DNA of 64,000 nt from Styela clava (taxonomy: Eukaryota). The notes below the pieces were generated by a model. It was given only the letters and a program-made list of their open reading frames with translations. It did not search any database and was not told where the DNA came from. The translations under genes and the position numbers were made by a program. The stretch is from NCBI RefSeq assembly GCF_964204865.1, contig NC_135254.1:10664001-10728000 (forward strand), written 5' to 3'. Each line of letters opens with the position of its first letter. Position 1 is the first letter of the stretch. Below, piece by piece: positions 1-12,500 of this stretch.

Positions 1-19
1 ACAATAAAATGCTTTAGAG

Positions 20-223
20 CAGAATTTCCCAAACTGGGCTCCCTTAGCTTAATTGAGCAGTAAAAAGCATTAATGACGTTTGTGTTGCTACATTGATGAA
101 ACATTATCCTTCCTCCTCCTTTCTCCCGGTTAGACACATAAATTGATGCGGCATACGATGGGGTCCGACAAAACTAAGATTCACAAATATGGGTACGCGA
201 CTTAAAAAGTTTGGGAAACCCTG
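20..223. mobile_element. Internally deleted hAT-type MITE in intron 2 of receptor A0
   Basis: Ends CAGAATTTCCCAAACT / AGTTTGGGAAACCCTG form an imperfect TIR, flanked by CTTTAGAG / CTTCAGAT (decayed 8-bp TSD). The same element sits at the same intron site at 14063, 22992 and 53959. Confidence 0.75.
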
Positions 224-476
224 CTTCAGATTAATGGAAAGTTATGTCGTGTGCAATTATTGTTGTATGTAAACATGGCTGATCAGGACTGTTGGACATT
301 ATTGTAAACAGGTGCAAATATGTAAAGACTGACGAATTAAAAATTCTCAAACAAACGTATTGAGAATTCCAACACAAATCCCAAAACGCATGAACAAAGA
401 TAAAGATCATAATGTTAAATAACCTTAAGCAAATTCATTTCGGGATTTGGGGTAAAACGTGAAATGTCTTGTTTAC

Positions 477-787
477 CTGAGGTAGCTGAGACTTGATTCT
501 GAATAAACGTTTGAATCTCGCTCGTTTTTATCATTGCCATCTCACCATCATTGTTTTTACAGAATGTTTCACCATAAACATAAGATTTTATATCATTTTT
601 TCCAGATACGTAGTATTGGTAACTTCCAAATGCATTCCAAATACCTCTACCTTGTCGTAAAATAAAGAGTTTATGAATAAGCACAGCATTTGAAAGACAT
701 GATGATATATAGTATATGCCAACCTGCGCAAACGACGGCAACCATCCAAGCAAAAATCCCAACGAATATCAAAAGATTCTCCTTCAT
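477..787 (-). CDS. Receptor A0, 5' part only (signal peptide exon and first half of CTL); gene runs off the left edge
   Basis: Exon 787-724 encodes MKENLLIFVGIFAWMVAVVCA (signal peptide, phase 1). Exon 650-477 (174 nt) encodes GRGIWNAFGSYQYYVS...FCKNNDGEMAMIK. Type A assigned only from its position and similarity to A2. Confidence 0.85.
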
Positions 788-3202
788 TTCCGCGCTAATT
801 ATCTAACTTTCTTACCCCATAACATTCTAATTTGAATCCAAAAATTGAAATAAAACAAGGTTGATATATACCAGAGAGGAAAAACTAACAAGTATCGACA
901 TAAACTTTCCATGACAATACTAAAACATCAAAAGCTATGAATCGGTTAGATAACATTACTAAATATCTACAAAGCAAATAATATACAATGCATAATACTT
1001 CATGCCATAATTAGCAATGAATGATTTAATTGCCCACAATAGCATTAAATATAGTTATTCGAAAATCGTTATTATAAAAAGTTATTCGTTATTATTTTTA
1101 GTACACTGCAACTAAAGATCACATTTCTAGCCGCATTATTTTCATTATCAGAAGAGTGATGCAGATAAGACCTTAATTCGACTTGCCAGAATGAAATCAT
1201 AAGCAATATGATCTGACAATTCTTACCTTACAATAACTAAGTCTAATATGAGTAATGAAGTTAATAAAGATAACATTTTTATAGAATACAAAATGAAACT
1301 TCCTATTACGAGTGGGATGTTTCAATAACCTTCTAGTCACAACATTTTTGAAATTACAGCAAAGAGATGATTAATGACGAATATGCTTCAGAAGAAAATA
1401 CCTATTACAAAACTGATTAGCATTGTAATGCGGTATTCTCTAGTCACTTATGTTTATGTCATGGATCAAGCAAACCTTATTCATACAGAAACATAGCGGT
1501 ATTTAAAAACATGAAGCACTCAGATATCAAAGTTTAACAATTAGAACGGAAGAGGATTGGCCTATTTAGTTGAGATTTGAACACAACAATTTTTTCTTTT
1601 CTAAAAATAAATATCTGTTTCATATTTTAATATATGAGTTGTTTCTAATATTGGACAAATTTTTTAATATGAAATCCTTGATTCTGGGTTCACCAATCAA
1701 GTCAAATTATTTGCTTATGTTGAAAATGATATTTCGATCATATTCTGTTTGTTTTTGTAGTATAATAAACAATTACTATAATAAGGTAAATAAAATTTAT
1801 TAAACTCCTGACACATGAATAACAGACGAAAAGAATGAATGAATTGTATTGTTTGCTACATTGATTAGCTCATTGGTAGCGTTTTCCGTTTTGTCTTCTA
1901 CTGCAGAAGCCATACAATAACCATTATTATGGCCTTCTTACTAAGGAAATGCATGTCGAGAAAACAACAACGGAGAATATGACTAATCTAAGCAGAACGA
2001 AGATGAAAATTACATAAACAACAACTATTAAAGTCATACATGAATATCATGACAACTTTATAAGCAAAGCCAAGTAAAGCGATGAATATTGTGGGCTATA
2101 CTAGAGTTTTAACCTAATAAATGTATGATAATCTCTTGTGACCGACTGCTGTGCTATCGTAAATGGCAGAAGGATTATTGAACCATTATTAAAAATACAA
2201 AATTCGATATTTGTAGAAAAACTATTTATTCATAAAATAATAAATCCATGAGTTCAAATCAATTGCGTTTTATGGAACAAAAAAAAATAATCATTAAATT
2301 CTAAAATTTGTGTTGAAATAAATGAACGATTGTTGGTAAATGAGATGAATTCAGGTTTTAAGTTACACAAAATTTTTTTTTCTAATTATATGTAACAACA
2401 CGATTTCTCGAATATCATCCTTTTTCTTAAGGGGTGTAATTAGGCACTTTTATTTTCCATTGCAGAGATGAGTGTAACATTACGATGATGACTTGTGCAA
2501 CAAACACTATTTTCTGAGAGTAGATGTGTGAGCTACATATTTAGTGACGACTTATGTTTATTTGGTATGAGTATGTGATTCGTCCAATTTTCTAGAATTT
2601 GAGCCAGTTTTGGGGAAAGTTTAACGAAATTTGATTCAAAAATTACGATTACATATTGTAAACTGTATTTTAGAGATACACTAAGATAACTGTTTACGTA
2701 CTGACGTTTGCGCAAATGATTCACTGGAATAATTAGTCATAAAAAATGAACCTTGGTGATCCCCTCGCATATAATTGATCACAGTATAGTTAAATCTGTA
2801 TTCAAGTTGCATTTGTTTGCATTTTTGTTTATCAGTGCATATTATAGCCACCTGTGCTGTATATTTAAAAATATGAAAATTTCGCATTGTGACTAAATAT
2901 CTCAAACCGAAATTAGTATAGCGATACCAAACAGTGATATGTAAATGGGGCATTGGAGTATGTATCAAGCGCACGTATCTGACTTATTATACATATTTTC
3001 AATTTCAATAAAATATGAAGGAATAATATACTAGTGGCAGAAGTAACTGAATGCCAAGGATTTATCAATTCTTTGGAACAAGTTTTTTTTTTAATGTTTT
3101 GGCATTTTCATTATCATTCTGTTTAACATATTTTTCAGAGCAATCATCCGCAAAGCATTACAATCTATAATTGAATTTTGTCAGCTTATAGGATTTAGAA
3201 GA
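788..3202. promoter_or_regulatory. Divergent (head-to-head) intergenic region between A0 and V1; candidate bidirectional promoter
   Basis: ATGs at 787 (-) and 3203 (+) point away from each other. The region aligns with 23739-26283 and 54720-57035. No TSS can be located from sequence alone. Confidence 0.55.
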
Positions 3203-6200
3203 ATGAGAATTGAATCAATATTTTTGTTTATTCTTCTTCAATACCCAAGGCATCTGAACGCAGCAGGTATTATTTTATTGTTATGACTTTTTTAGGAAAT
3301 TTGCTAGAAACAAAGTCATTCATTCAAGAAAAAGGGAGCTTGATCACTGATCAATGTTAGTGCAACCACGAAACGCCATCAAGAAATTTTGAGACGTTAA
3401 GAGATTGAAGCATAGAATTGAGCGTTGGTTAATACCGATGGGCATGAGGCCTAAAACTAACTGAATTTAACGGCTGAAAACTTTTAGAGGGACAATATTC
3501 AAAGATTCAAAAGAAAATTTTAAAAGCGGTAACAACGGTTGTCTGACAATGTGAATGAGTTTAGAAAATATAGGATTACATTACATCTCAAATATTAATT
3601 TATTTTGCCAGAATGTCGTGAAACGCCCATGGATCTTGTATTTGTGCTGGATGGATCGGGTTCCATCAGAGATGAGAATTGGGAGCTTATGAAGTCATGG
3701 GTCAAGTTGGTAGCAGAAAATTATGACTTAGGCGGATTAACACAGATTGGCGTCGTTCAGTTCTCACACTGGTTTCCAAATGAAAGGTAAGCTTAGAAAG
3801 ATATAATCATTCAACAAATCCACGTCAATAAAGTAAGATTTTCCTTTTATTCATTTTGTAAGCCGAATTTATAATTTTTCTTTAAATTTTTCAAAGCAAC
3901 TGCTCAATCAATTAAAATTAATTTACCCATAAACAGCTGCCATGCCATGAATGATTTTTTTTCAAGCGTCAGACCATGAATGTAGCTTCGAAAATTTTCT
4001 GACTGATGTACTGAGCTGTGTTATATATTGTAATATTTTTGGACACGTTAGTGGACATAACGATCGTTTTGTTATTATGTTGTTATTGTTCTTGTTGTTC
4101 TTTGTTACACAGAAAAAAAAATCGTTTTTCTCTTTGATCACTGGACCAATCGCTTTAAAATTTCAGTGTTTATTGAGGATCGAATTTTTTGCTAAAATGC
4201 TATAACTTTGATTTATTTTAAATATTCAATCGAGCTGTATGAAATTCGTTATTTTGTGTGCTATGACGTCATCAAAGTTTGCCACCATTTGGCGCTACGT
4301 TTTCATATATTGAACATATCTCTCTAGTTTCAATTACCCAAAAAGAGTCAATTTCAAACTTTGCCACTTTGTTGTTCCACTTCGCTTCGTGTTTTCACTG
4401 CTTTTATTTGAGTACAGTCAGCATACATTCTTCCAAAATCATTTTCGGCTTTTTTTGGGGTTTTCGAATCCATTGTCATTCAAACACAAAATATGATAAA
4501 ATGATTTTCATTTTTTTTAACAGCGCACAGCCATATTTAAAAACTGAAATACAGCTCGGAAAACTGAAGACTGAAGCCCAATTCAAGGTAAAATATTCAT
4601 CGAGCGTTGAATACCGCTGAGAGGGGCAGCGTCACGGTACGATCAGACGAGAGTGCTTGCTGATAATGTCTCAAGCATGGTAGAATAAAAAGTATTTTTC
4701 TATAAATAAAATACAATGGTGAAATTTCGAGTTAGCTATTGGGCGACATGGGTGTCAAAAAAAAATTGAAAAAAACAGCAATATCATTCGTAAAATCAAA
4801 AATACTAAAAACCAAAATTCAGACGGACTTTTTTTTTTTTTTTTTTTTTTTTATATATTCATTAATATATAAAACACAATTGATCGGTACATCTACAACA
4901 ATCACTAATCATGAACAATACACAATTCATCATATAAAATAATCAGTAAATGTATCATAAAATTTTCCATTTTTGATCAGACGGACTTCGTGTGTACACG
5001 AAATGTAGTTTCCCAACAATGCTATTGAGCTAGTGTGGAGTCACCTTCTATGCAGAATAGAATTTAAAGGAAAATTCGTCGTATGATTTATCTTATTAAA
5101 AAGATTTGTTCACAAATGTGTGATATTTAAATATATCAAAATGCAATTAGCTTCAAAATAATAACTTGAACTGAGTATTCCTTAGGCCGCTGTTGACGAA
5201 ATATCAATTCATGGATTCACAACTTACACTGCACATGCTATCAACAAAACAGTGAATGAAGATTTCATGAGATCTGATCGTTTCTATGATGCTTCAGTGA
5301 AGAAAGTCATTATTTTATTTACAGATGGAAGGTAATATCTTGTGTGAACAATGTCTGAATACACGTAAAATGCACCTTTGAATCGTATCGTTAACTGTTG
5401 TTAATGTTTTTGTTATTATTGTTAATGTTCACGGTTCATGTAATGGTAGTTAGCAGAGTTCTTTTGATATATCCGTATATTTAGCCCCTTTGTTTTTCAA
5501 CTTGGGTTTCTGCGCGATATATATTATTTTTATACCATCAAGATATTAGTTGTTGAAAATCTAAATAAATGTTATTTCAAAGCTGATTACTACTTTATTA
5601 TTTACCAAATTATTCTAATCTTAGACATCCAAAAATTAAGAAGTAGTATAAAACCGTTTTTGTTTTGCTCGATTTTTTGAAGGTATGCTCGTGTAACAAG
5701 TCTTAAATATGTGTGTAGATTGTAGATAATTTTTTAAATCTTTTGAAGATCTACCGACAGAAATGATTTGCTTTTGTCAGCAAAATATGCTCGGTCAAAT
5801 GGGATTACTATATTTGCAGTTGGTGCTGGAGGTTATGTAATGGAGGAATTACAGGTAATCTGAAAAGTTGTAACAAATTGAAATAAGAGAAATTTTATGT
5901 TTCAATATATTATAGCTTTTCTACCTTTTGTCTAATCAATATATTTCTGTGTATTAAAGATTGTTCATCAACAAGACTGAGAAAGTATGACCAAATTAGT
6001 TATCAGGATAAAACTCTTTTTGACTGAGATTGATAAGTAACAATGTAGGCTACTGTAGTTGTTTAAATGTTCTTTCTATTTGGGCATTCGTGAGTGAGAC
6101 CAGCTTCTTCTCTGTTTCTTGTATCTGGGATTGGCAAAACATATTTCATTCAAATAATATTTTTCTATTAAATAATTAGGCATGATGATGGAGAAATGAC

Positions 6201-8756
6201 GTATCGCGGGAGCTCGAGCTGATATGCGACTGACGACGTTCCATTTAATCGCTGTAGCCCCAGTGGTGATGACATTTGTGGCTGCGAGCCATCGCACACT
6301 TGATTTGGATTTGTTCGCAATTACTGGATGGTGTGCTATATAGTAACTGAGAAAACACGCAAACCTATAAGCCATACTCGCATATTAATTTCATTCTGAC
6401 AAAATGTCTATAACTCTGGCGATGAATTTGTATCTCATGATTAGATAAGTTAGGACTCCATGATCCAGGAGAATTTGGAAATATTGAATAACCATCATTG
6501 TATGATACACCGATAAAGTCAACTAATACGCATTATGCACATGCACGTGATTTGCATATAAATCAACCCGGTAGACACCCAGAATCTTCGCTGATACATG
6601 AGGACCCGTTCTCCAGCAAAACGTTAAGCCATGCATGCAAAATTGCAGATCAATAACGGCAGTATATTGCGGAGCTGCCAGTTTATTTGGACGCTGCCCG
6701 GCTCTTCAGCATCTCAGCTTGTGCGGTTTTCCGTGGCTAATTGTCAAAACATGTTCACTTGAATTCCTAACTTCCAAACTTCCCCCAGTTGTGGAATATC
6801 GAAATTAGTTTACGAGAAAATCTCCTGGAGCAACATCTAACAAATCGATACTTCCATACGTTTGATATCAGAGCATTTTGTTTCCTTATTGCAAACCATA
6901 ATACACTGCATTTGATGAATGATCTCGTTTGCAATGAATTTTCTTTTAGGAATATTTACTATAGTGACGCTATGATTCGAGTCTTTTGCACCATCCACGT
7001 TTTGCCTGTGCTTGAACATATTTGAATAAACAGCGCTAGGATTGAGGGCATGGACGTGCCAAACTTTGCTGCTGCCCAGTATGAGGTTATGATAATGATG
7101 CCCCCCAACTTCAAAAATAATTCGTGGGATAAACAAATTAAAGCTGTTGCTATACATGAGAATGAATAAAGTAAATATGTGATAAATCACGCAATGAACA
7201 GACGAGCACATTGGCGGACAAGTGCGGTCAGCCACCACTATTATCACAATCAGTCACACATGACTACACACGTCATCTCAGCTTTCACTTGAATAAAACA
7301 CATAGAGAAAAAATGTGTGATATCGCGAACTCTACAGCTTGGATCTGCTGCCTCTTCCCCGCTGGTCTGCCCCATAGTGAGGATAAAATCAAATATTAAA
7401 TTGAAATTAAATGTTTCAAGCATGGTCTCTACTAGCACAATAAATCGTTTCTCAAATATCTCAATACCTGTGTGTTAGAAAACAGATTTGAGCTATGTTC
7501 ATCTATAGATCATAGTTGAATTATACTCGAGGAAATTTGAACTCGACCTCGGCAAAAACAACTATGTGTTGGCATGTAATAAGACTCCGGCATCCCTTTT
7601 CATTTAGCATTCACTGGTATGATTGTCTTCATTACGATTTTAATATTTATTGATGTAACAAGTTTTATTTATGTCTTTGTGTCCACGTTTAACGACCTAG
7701 TTGTATTGGGATCATATGAGGAGGTATCAAATAAAACGGTAACAAAAATATTTTTTTAGTAACGAACAAGACCTAACCTTGTATAGCTTTGCTACATCGG
7801 ATGTTTAAACCGAAAAATATAAAAATCAACTCTTATTAACAGATTATTGCAAATGGCCAGATCAATAACAATGAACGAGTGATTACAGTTTCAAATTTTA
7901 CTAAGCTGAATACTACGGTAGATATTTTGAAGCAGGGTATATGCGCTATCCAAGGTAATATTGAATATTATATATATAATAGGTAATATTAATTGTCAGT
8001 TTTTATTGGAGCTGCTACGATATGTTAGTAGCATATAATATCGAACTACGTTTTCAAAATATTCTTTGCGCCCGAATCTGATATTGAGCCAAGACACTAA
8101 AATAATTAAATGCTCCACATTTCGACATCATAGGCCGAAATGATATTCGATTTTTTTTGTTGTTAAAATCAGTGGATTATAAGATGAGATGCTTCTTGCA
8201 GGCTACCACAACAAATTTAACGATTGAAATTCATTTTCTCGTTTTCGAAAAGCATTTCGTTCAATGCGCAGAGCTAATAACAACTCATTTCCTACATATT
8301 TTATCGCATATAATATAGAAATTCACATTCACCACAAGGTATAACAGCTAAAATGTACAAATTAAAGAGGGAATTATATAAGATTCAAAAAAATATTTAT
8401 ATTCGTTTATGGTTCCCTTCATAGTGTCTCGCTACACTTGCACAACTTCATCGCTAGAAGTTCAATGGAAAACAACTACATTTAAGTTGATGTTCTCATA
8501 CAGACTTCAAATTCAGGTTACCTTCATAAATAGAATAAAAGTCATTTTATTGGTTTAAACACTTTCAGTTTGCGTTATAACATGTAATTTTATGCTAAAT
8601 ATCACATTTATGTATTTAACTTATAAGGATCTCAAGACCAAAGAAATCAAGAAGACAAGTGTTCAATTACTCATGAAAAAGGAACCAACAATAAAAATTC
8701 ACGAAGAAAACATATCTTCGACGTTTGCTTGTCGAATAATTTATCCTCGAACGTAA
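3203..8756 (+). CDS. V1: secreted vWA + FN3-like protein, FN3 part truncated by a deletion
   Basis: Exons 3203-3266, 3612-3786, 4524-4587, 5186-5331, 5749-5854, 7843-7954, 8425-8516, 8628-8756 are phase-compatible. Signal peptide MRIESIFLFILLQ...; DLVFVLDGSGS (MIDAS DxSxS), TYT, VIILFTDG, ITIFAVG. The exon 7 acceptor used in V2/V3 is mutated (TAG>TGG); an in-frame AG lies 12 nt downstream. Exon 8 diverges after FAC and stops at 8754-8756. Confidence 0.82.
4819..4988 (-). mobile_element. Short polyadenylated retroposed insertion with 12-bp TSD in V1 intron 3
   Basis: TCAGACGGACTT at 4819-4830 and 4977-4988 flanks about 146 nt beginning with a poly(T) run of about 22-24 nt, i.e. poly(A) on the minus strand. 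Confidence 0.8.
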
Positions 8757-9577
8757 GGGCAATCAGCTAACTAAAGCAAATCATTCGAGCATGTATGTTT
8801 TTACGTCACAACTCACAAATACCGCCATCGGTATCACATCATGAGAAAGCGTTTACCAAGATTTAATATGCGCTTCATGTTTTCATTTGAGATATATAGG
8901 TCATATTTGAACAAATACATTCAATTTAAAATATTAATTTGTGAATATAAGCTATCAAACAATATTCAGAAGGAAACGTGGGATGGCTGTTATCAGGATA
9001 AAGCTTTCAATAGATTATGACTTTAATTTACTCGAGTTTATGAATATTTGTTGAAAACACTTAATAATTAGACAATAGTGCTTGTGTACCCGTTTTCATT
9101 TATGGTGGGAAATAGAGAGCCAAGGAATATCACAATGCATCCATAATATACTACATCAAACTTATATTATTAAACGGGATGCTTGAAAAGGGGCAAATGT
9201 ATTTCAAAGAAACCATTAGCAGCTCAGATCATGAGAGTTATACAAATATAGATTCTTCTTAGCTGGTTCGTATGCCACTTTCGGTCTTTGCCACATTTAA
9301 AAAAACGGATCAGCAGATGACTTAACTACACGTGACTTGCCTTTATAATAAAAGAACCGAATTTCACATCCGAATCTCACGGAAAATTAACGAGAAAAAC
9401 TTGAATCAATATGCAATGGTATTTTGTTTCAATAAATATCAGTCAACACAAGCGCAGAAGTTTAAGAACAAGTAGTAAGAGTTAAAGTCACAATGCGTAT
9501 ATGTGTCTCGGAAAGAATAACATGATTCAGGATTGAACAAAAATGACAAAGGGCGATCGCCATTTATATTCAACATG

Positions 9578-12500
9578 TCAAGCATCATATTCATTTTCAG
9601 GCATTGAATTGATGTACGGATGTTCTTTTGTTGTACGATCATTCATTTCTTCGTTCTGATGATCTCCGTCTTTTATTTCTTCATAATTATGTGGGATTTC
9701 ATAATTTCCTTCTTTCTCTTCTCTTAACTCATTATTTCGGGAGTTCAATTGTGATGTTTGAATTTTATCATATTTTTCATAAGAAACCGGGACGTCATTA
9801 ACAACCTCATTCATCTCTGAAAGACGTTGTGGTTGAGTTGCGATTTTTTGAGAATTCCTTCTGTAAACAACAAAAAGGTTAGAAATAGTTCTCACATAGG
9901 CTTTTGAATAAGAAACAATGAATTTGAGACAATTTCTTGAATTGCTTCTGTTATAGAGGACTTAGACGTTATTGTGATCGATAGACACAAAACTCTGGAC
10001 GAAAATGTTAGAGCCCAGTATCTCAGCCATTGTTCCGGACACTGAGAATGGATATACGACTGTATAAAAAGTTTTATTACACTTACTCAATTGAGATGAA
10101 ATACTCAAAATCAGTGAAAATATACACATTTTGCTGTAGTATCGATCATTTCTCACCTCATTACTTTGCATCTACGAATCAGCAAACCAATTCCAAATAA
10201 AATGGCTGCAAGAATCAATGTGACTATGGATGAGACAATTGAAACCAATAAATTGTTGTGGTCTGCAATATAATTCAACAAATAAAAGGATAATAAATTA
10301 AAAAAAAAACTATCAGGATAGGACAAAATAGTTGTTTAGAAAACCTAATTTTGTGCACTTAAGATTATTGTCTCTCATAATTTGTAATCTATATAATCTT
10401 ACCACCAGAAGTGGAAGTCGATGTGGTAGTAGTGATTGCACTAGTTGGAAAGAGAATGTTTATCGCCGTAGTTTTTGTGTTGTTCGCATTAGCAGACAAT
10501 GTGGGAGTATGTGTCATGTCTCTAGGAATTGTAAATGTGGTAGTCATTTTAACAGTTACCGCGGTGGATGTTGTATCACAGGCAGTGTCTCCTGAACAAT
10601 TGGTCGTCTGAAGGAAGCAATTGTGTTTAGCAATTTTTTGATTCAATACGTTGTACAATAATCTTTATATATTTCAACAGTCATTTAAATCCCGAGTTTA
10701 ATTAATGTTTTTCAAAAAGTAAAAATATAAAAACCCAAAAGATAAAAAAAAATATACATTAATTCACACGCTAATGAAAAATATCGAAAGTGAATGATTT
10801 AGATAAATCAGAAACTTTTTTGGAGAATTTGTACATATTCAGTTCATGCGCCCCGAATCAGAAGTATAGCGGGGATGACCCTGAAGGATGCGGCTTACTA
10901 CTAAAACAATATAGCATGATGATCATTTTTCTTTAGCCCTTTAGAAGATCGAAAATTATTAACTTACTACAAAAAATGGCATTTTTTATTTCTTACCTCA
11001 AAATTAGAACCAATGCAAATATTGGGCCTCGTCCTTCCCGAGTCAATGCATGTTCTATAGCGTTCTTTCATCATTGAGCTGCAGTTGCATGTACTCCATG
11101 ATGACCACGTTTCCCAATATCTTCCTGCACATTGTAAAGATAATCTTAATTCAGAATTACCGCGCGCATACTCTTTTCATCGATGTTGTTGATGATGCAT
11201 ATTCAAACTATATCATATTCAAACTTTTCTGCCTTTTTAATTTGTTGTTTTCCTCAGATAGTTATAGATCAAGAGTCAGATTTATTTTTATCATCGTTGA
11301 AACTAAGTGAAGTTGGAGTTCGTGTTAAATTCAAATTACTTTTCGTCTTTTCCGTTATACTAAAAACCTATTTTTAACATTTATACTGTTCTAATCACAC
11401 AGCAAAAGTATATTCGCGCTGGAGTTGATTGTATTGGAGCTATGTTAAATAAATTTAAAACAGTTTGACCTGTCACCTCATTTCTCCTTATTTTTTATTT
11501 TTCAACTTTAATATCAGAAAAAATATGTTAAAAATTCATTTTTACTCGCTGTCGCAAGTTATTTTACTCACCGATATGGCGTTGACAAACGAACCCTTTT
11601 AACCCTGTTGCTCCGGTGAAACAGTCCATCGTATGCCATAGAAGATTTGCGTCATAAGTTTTTTGTTCACCTATCGATACACAAGTCTCTGTTCCACTGA
11701 TATGATTGTTTGGTTCTCCTTCATCCCAAAGAGGGAATGAAAGGTTCCTTCCATCGTTCCATTGAAATATCGACTTCGATTTGTCATAAACAAGTCCAAT
11801 GTAGAATGTGTATGGTTCTCCTGTAATAAAACATATCAAATTGTTTTATACTAGTAGGACACGTTTGGACAAGTGTTTTAGCGATGGTCGAGCAGTTGAA
11901 GCGTTAGCTCTAACTGTGTTGGCATTCCAGATTACGCATCTCAGTTTTAAAAGCCATCCCACGTCACCCCTGGGTGTAATATATTGGTCAGACAATGCAA
12001 AACACTAATAGAAGCTCCTTATATATTGTTAGATATCAGTGGTTTTTGCACGGGTCCGCGTTCGCGTCCTCGTGGGTGTCATATCCCACAAGGAACGGAC
12101 TCGTTGCATTTCGTTCGTAATGCCATCAACGACCGAAATTATTATATCGCCGCAATACATACACATTCATTGACTTTTAATACTTACAATAATGCACGTA
12201 CCTGATCCATCAGAAATGAGTGCTTTTATAAATCTTTGTGTTATTTCATTCTTTATTAATGCTAATTCGCCTCCTTCATTTTTGCAAAATGTTTTCGAAT
12301 ATTCATAAGAACTTGAACTACCACCCGGTGAAACATAATATTCATAACTTCCATTGGGAAACCAGTTTCCTCGACCTGTTTCACAAATGAAATACCAAAT
12401 ATTTGAAAAATACCAGAATCTCGAAACATGCGCAGCGAAAATGCACGGTGGAACGAGATGCCATCAGGTATTGCAGGCGCTTGGTTTACTTTAAATACTA

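Noticed and set aside
1226-1275. Upstream hydrophobic mini-ORF MLSLLTSLLILDLVIV with a GTAAG donor as an alternative signal-peptide exon of A0
   Set aside because: Ends in phase 2, which is incompatible with the phase-1 CTL exon, and the ATG is absent in A2. More likely 5' UTR.
1570-1803. ORF repeated at 55390-55638, and similar pairs (17164/45491, 13610/40377, 22232/51289)
   Set aside because: Recurrence is explained by recent segmental duplication. AT-rich, no domain or splice support.
3203-8756. Calling V an integrin alpha, collagen XII/XIV or matrilin
   Set aside because: Only one vWA and one FN3-like domain are seen, with no beta-propeller, Gly-X-Y, EGF or TM exons, so no gene symbol is assigned.
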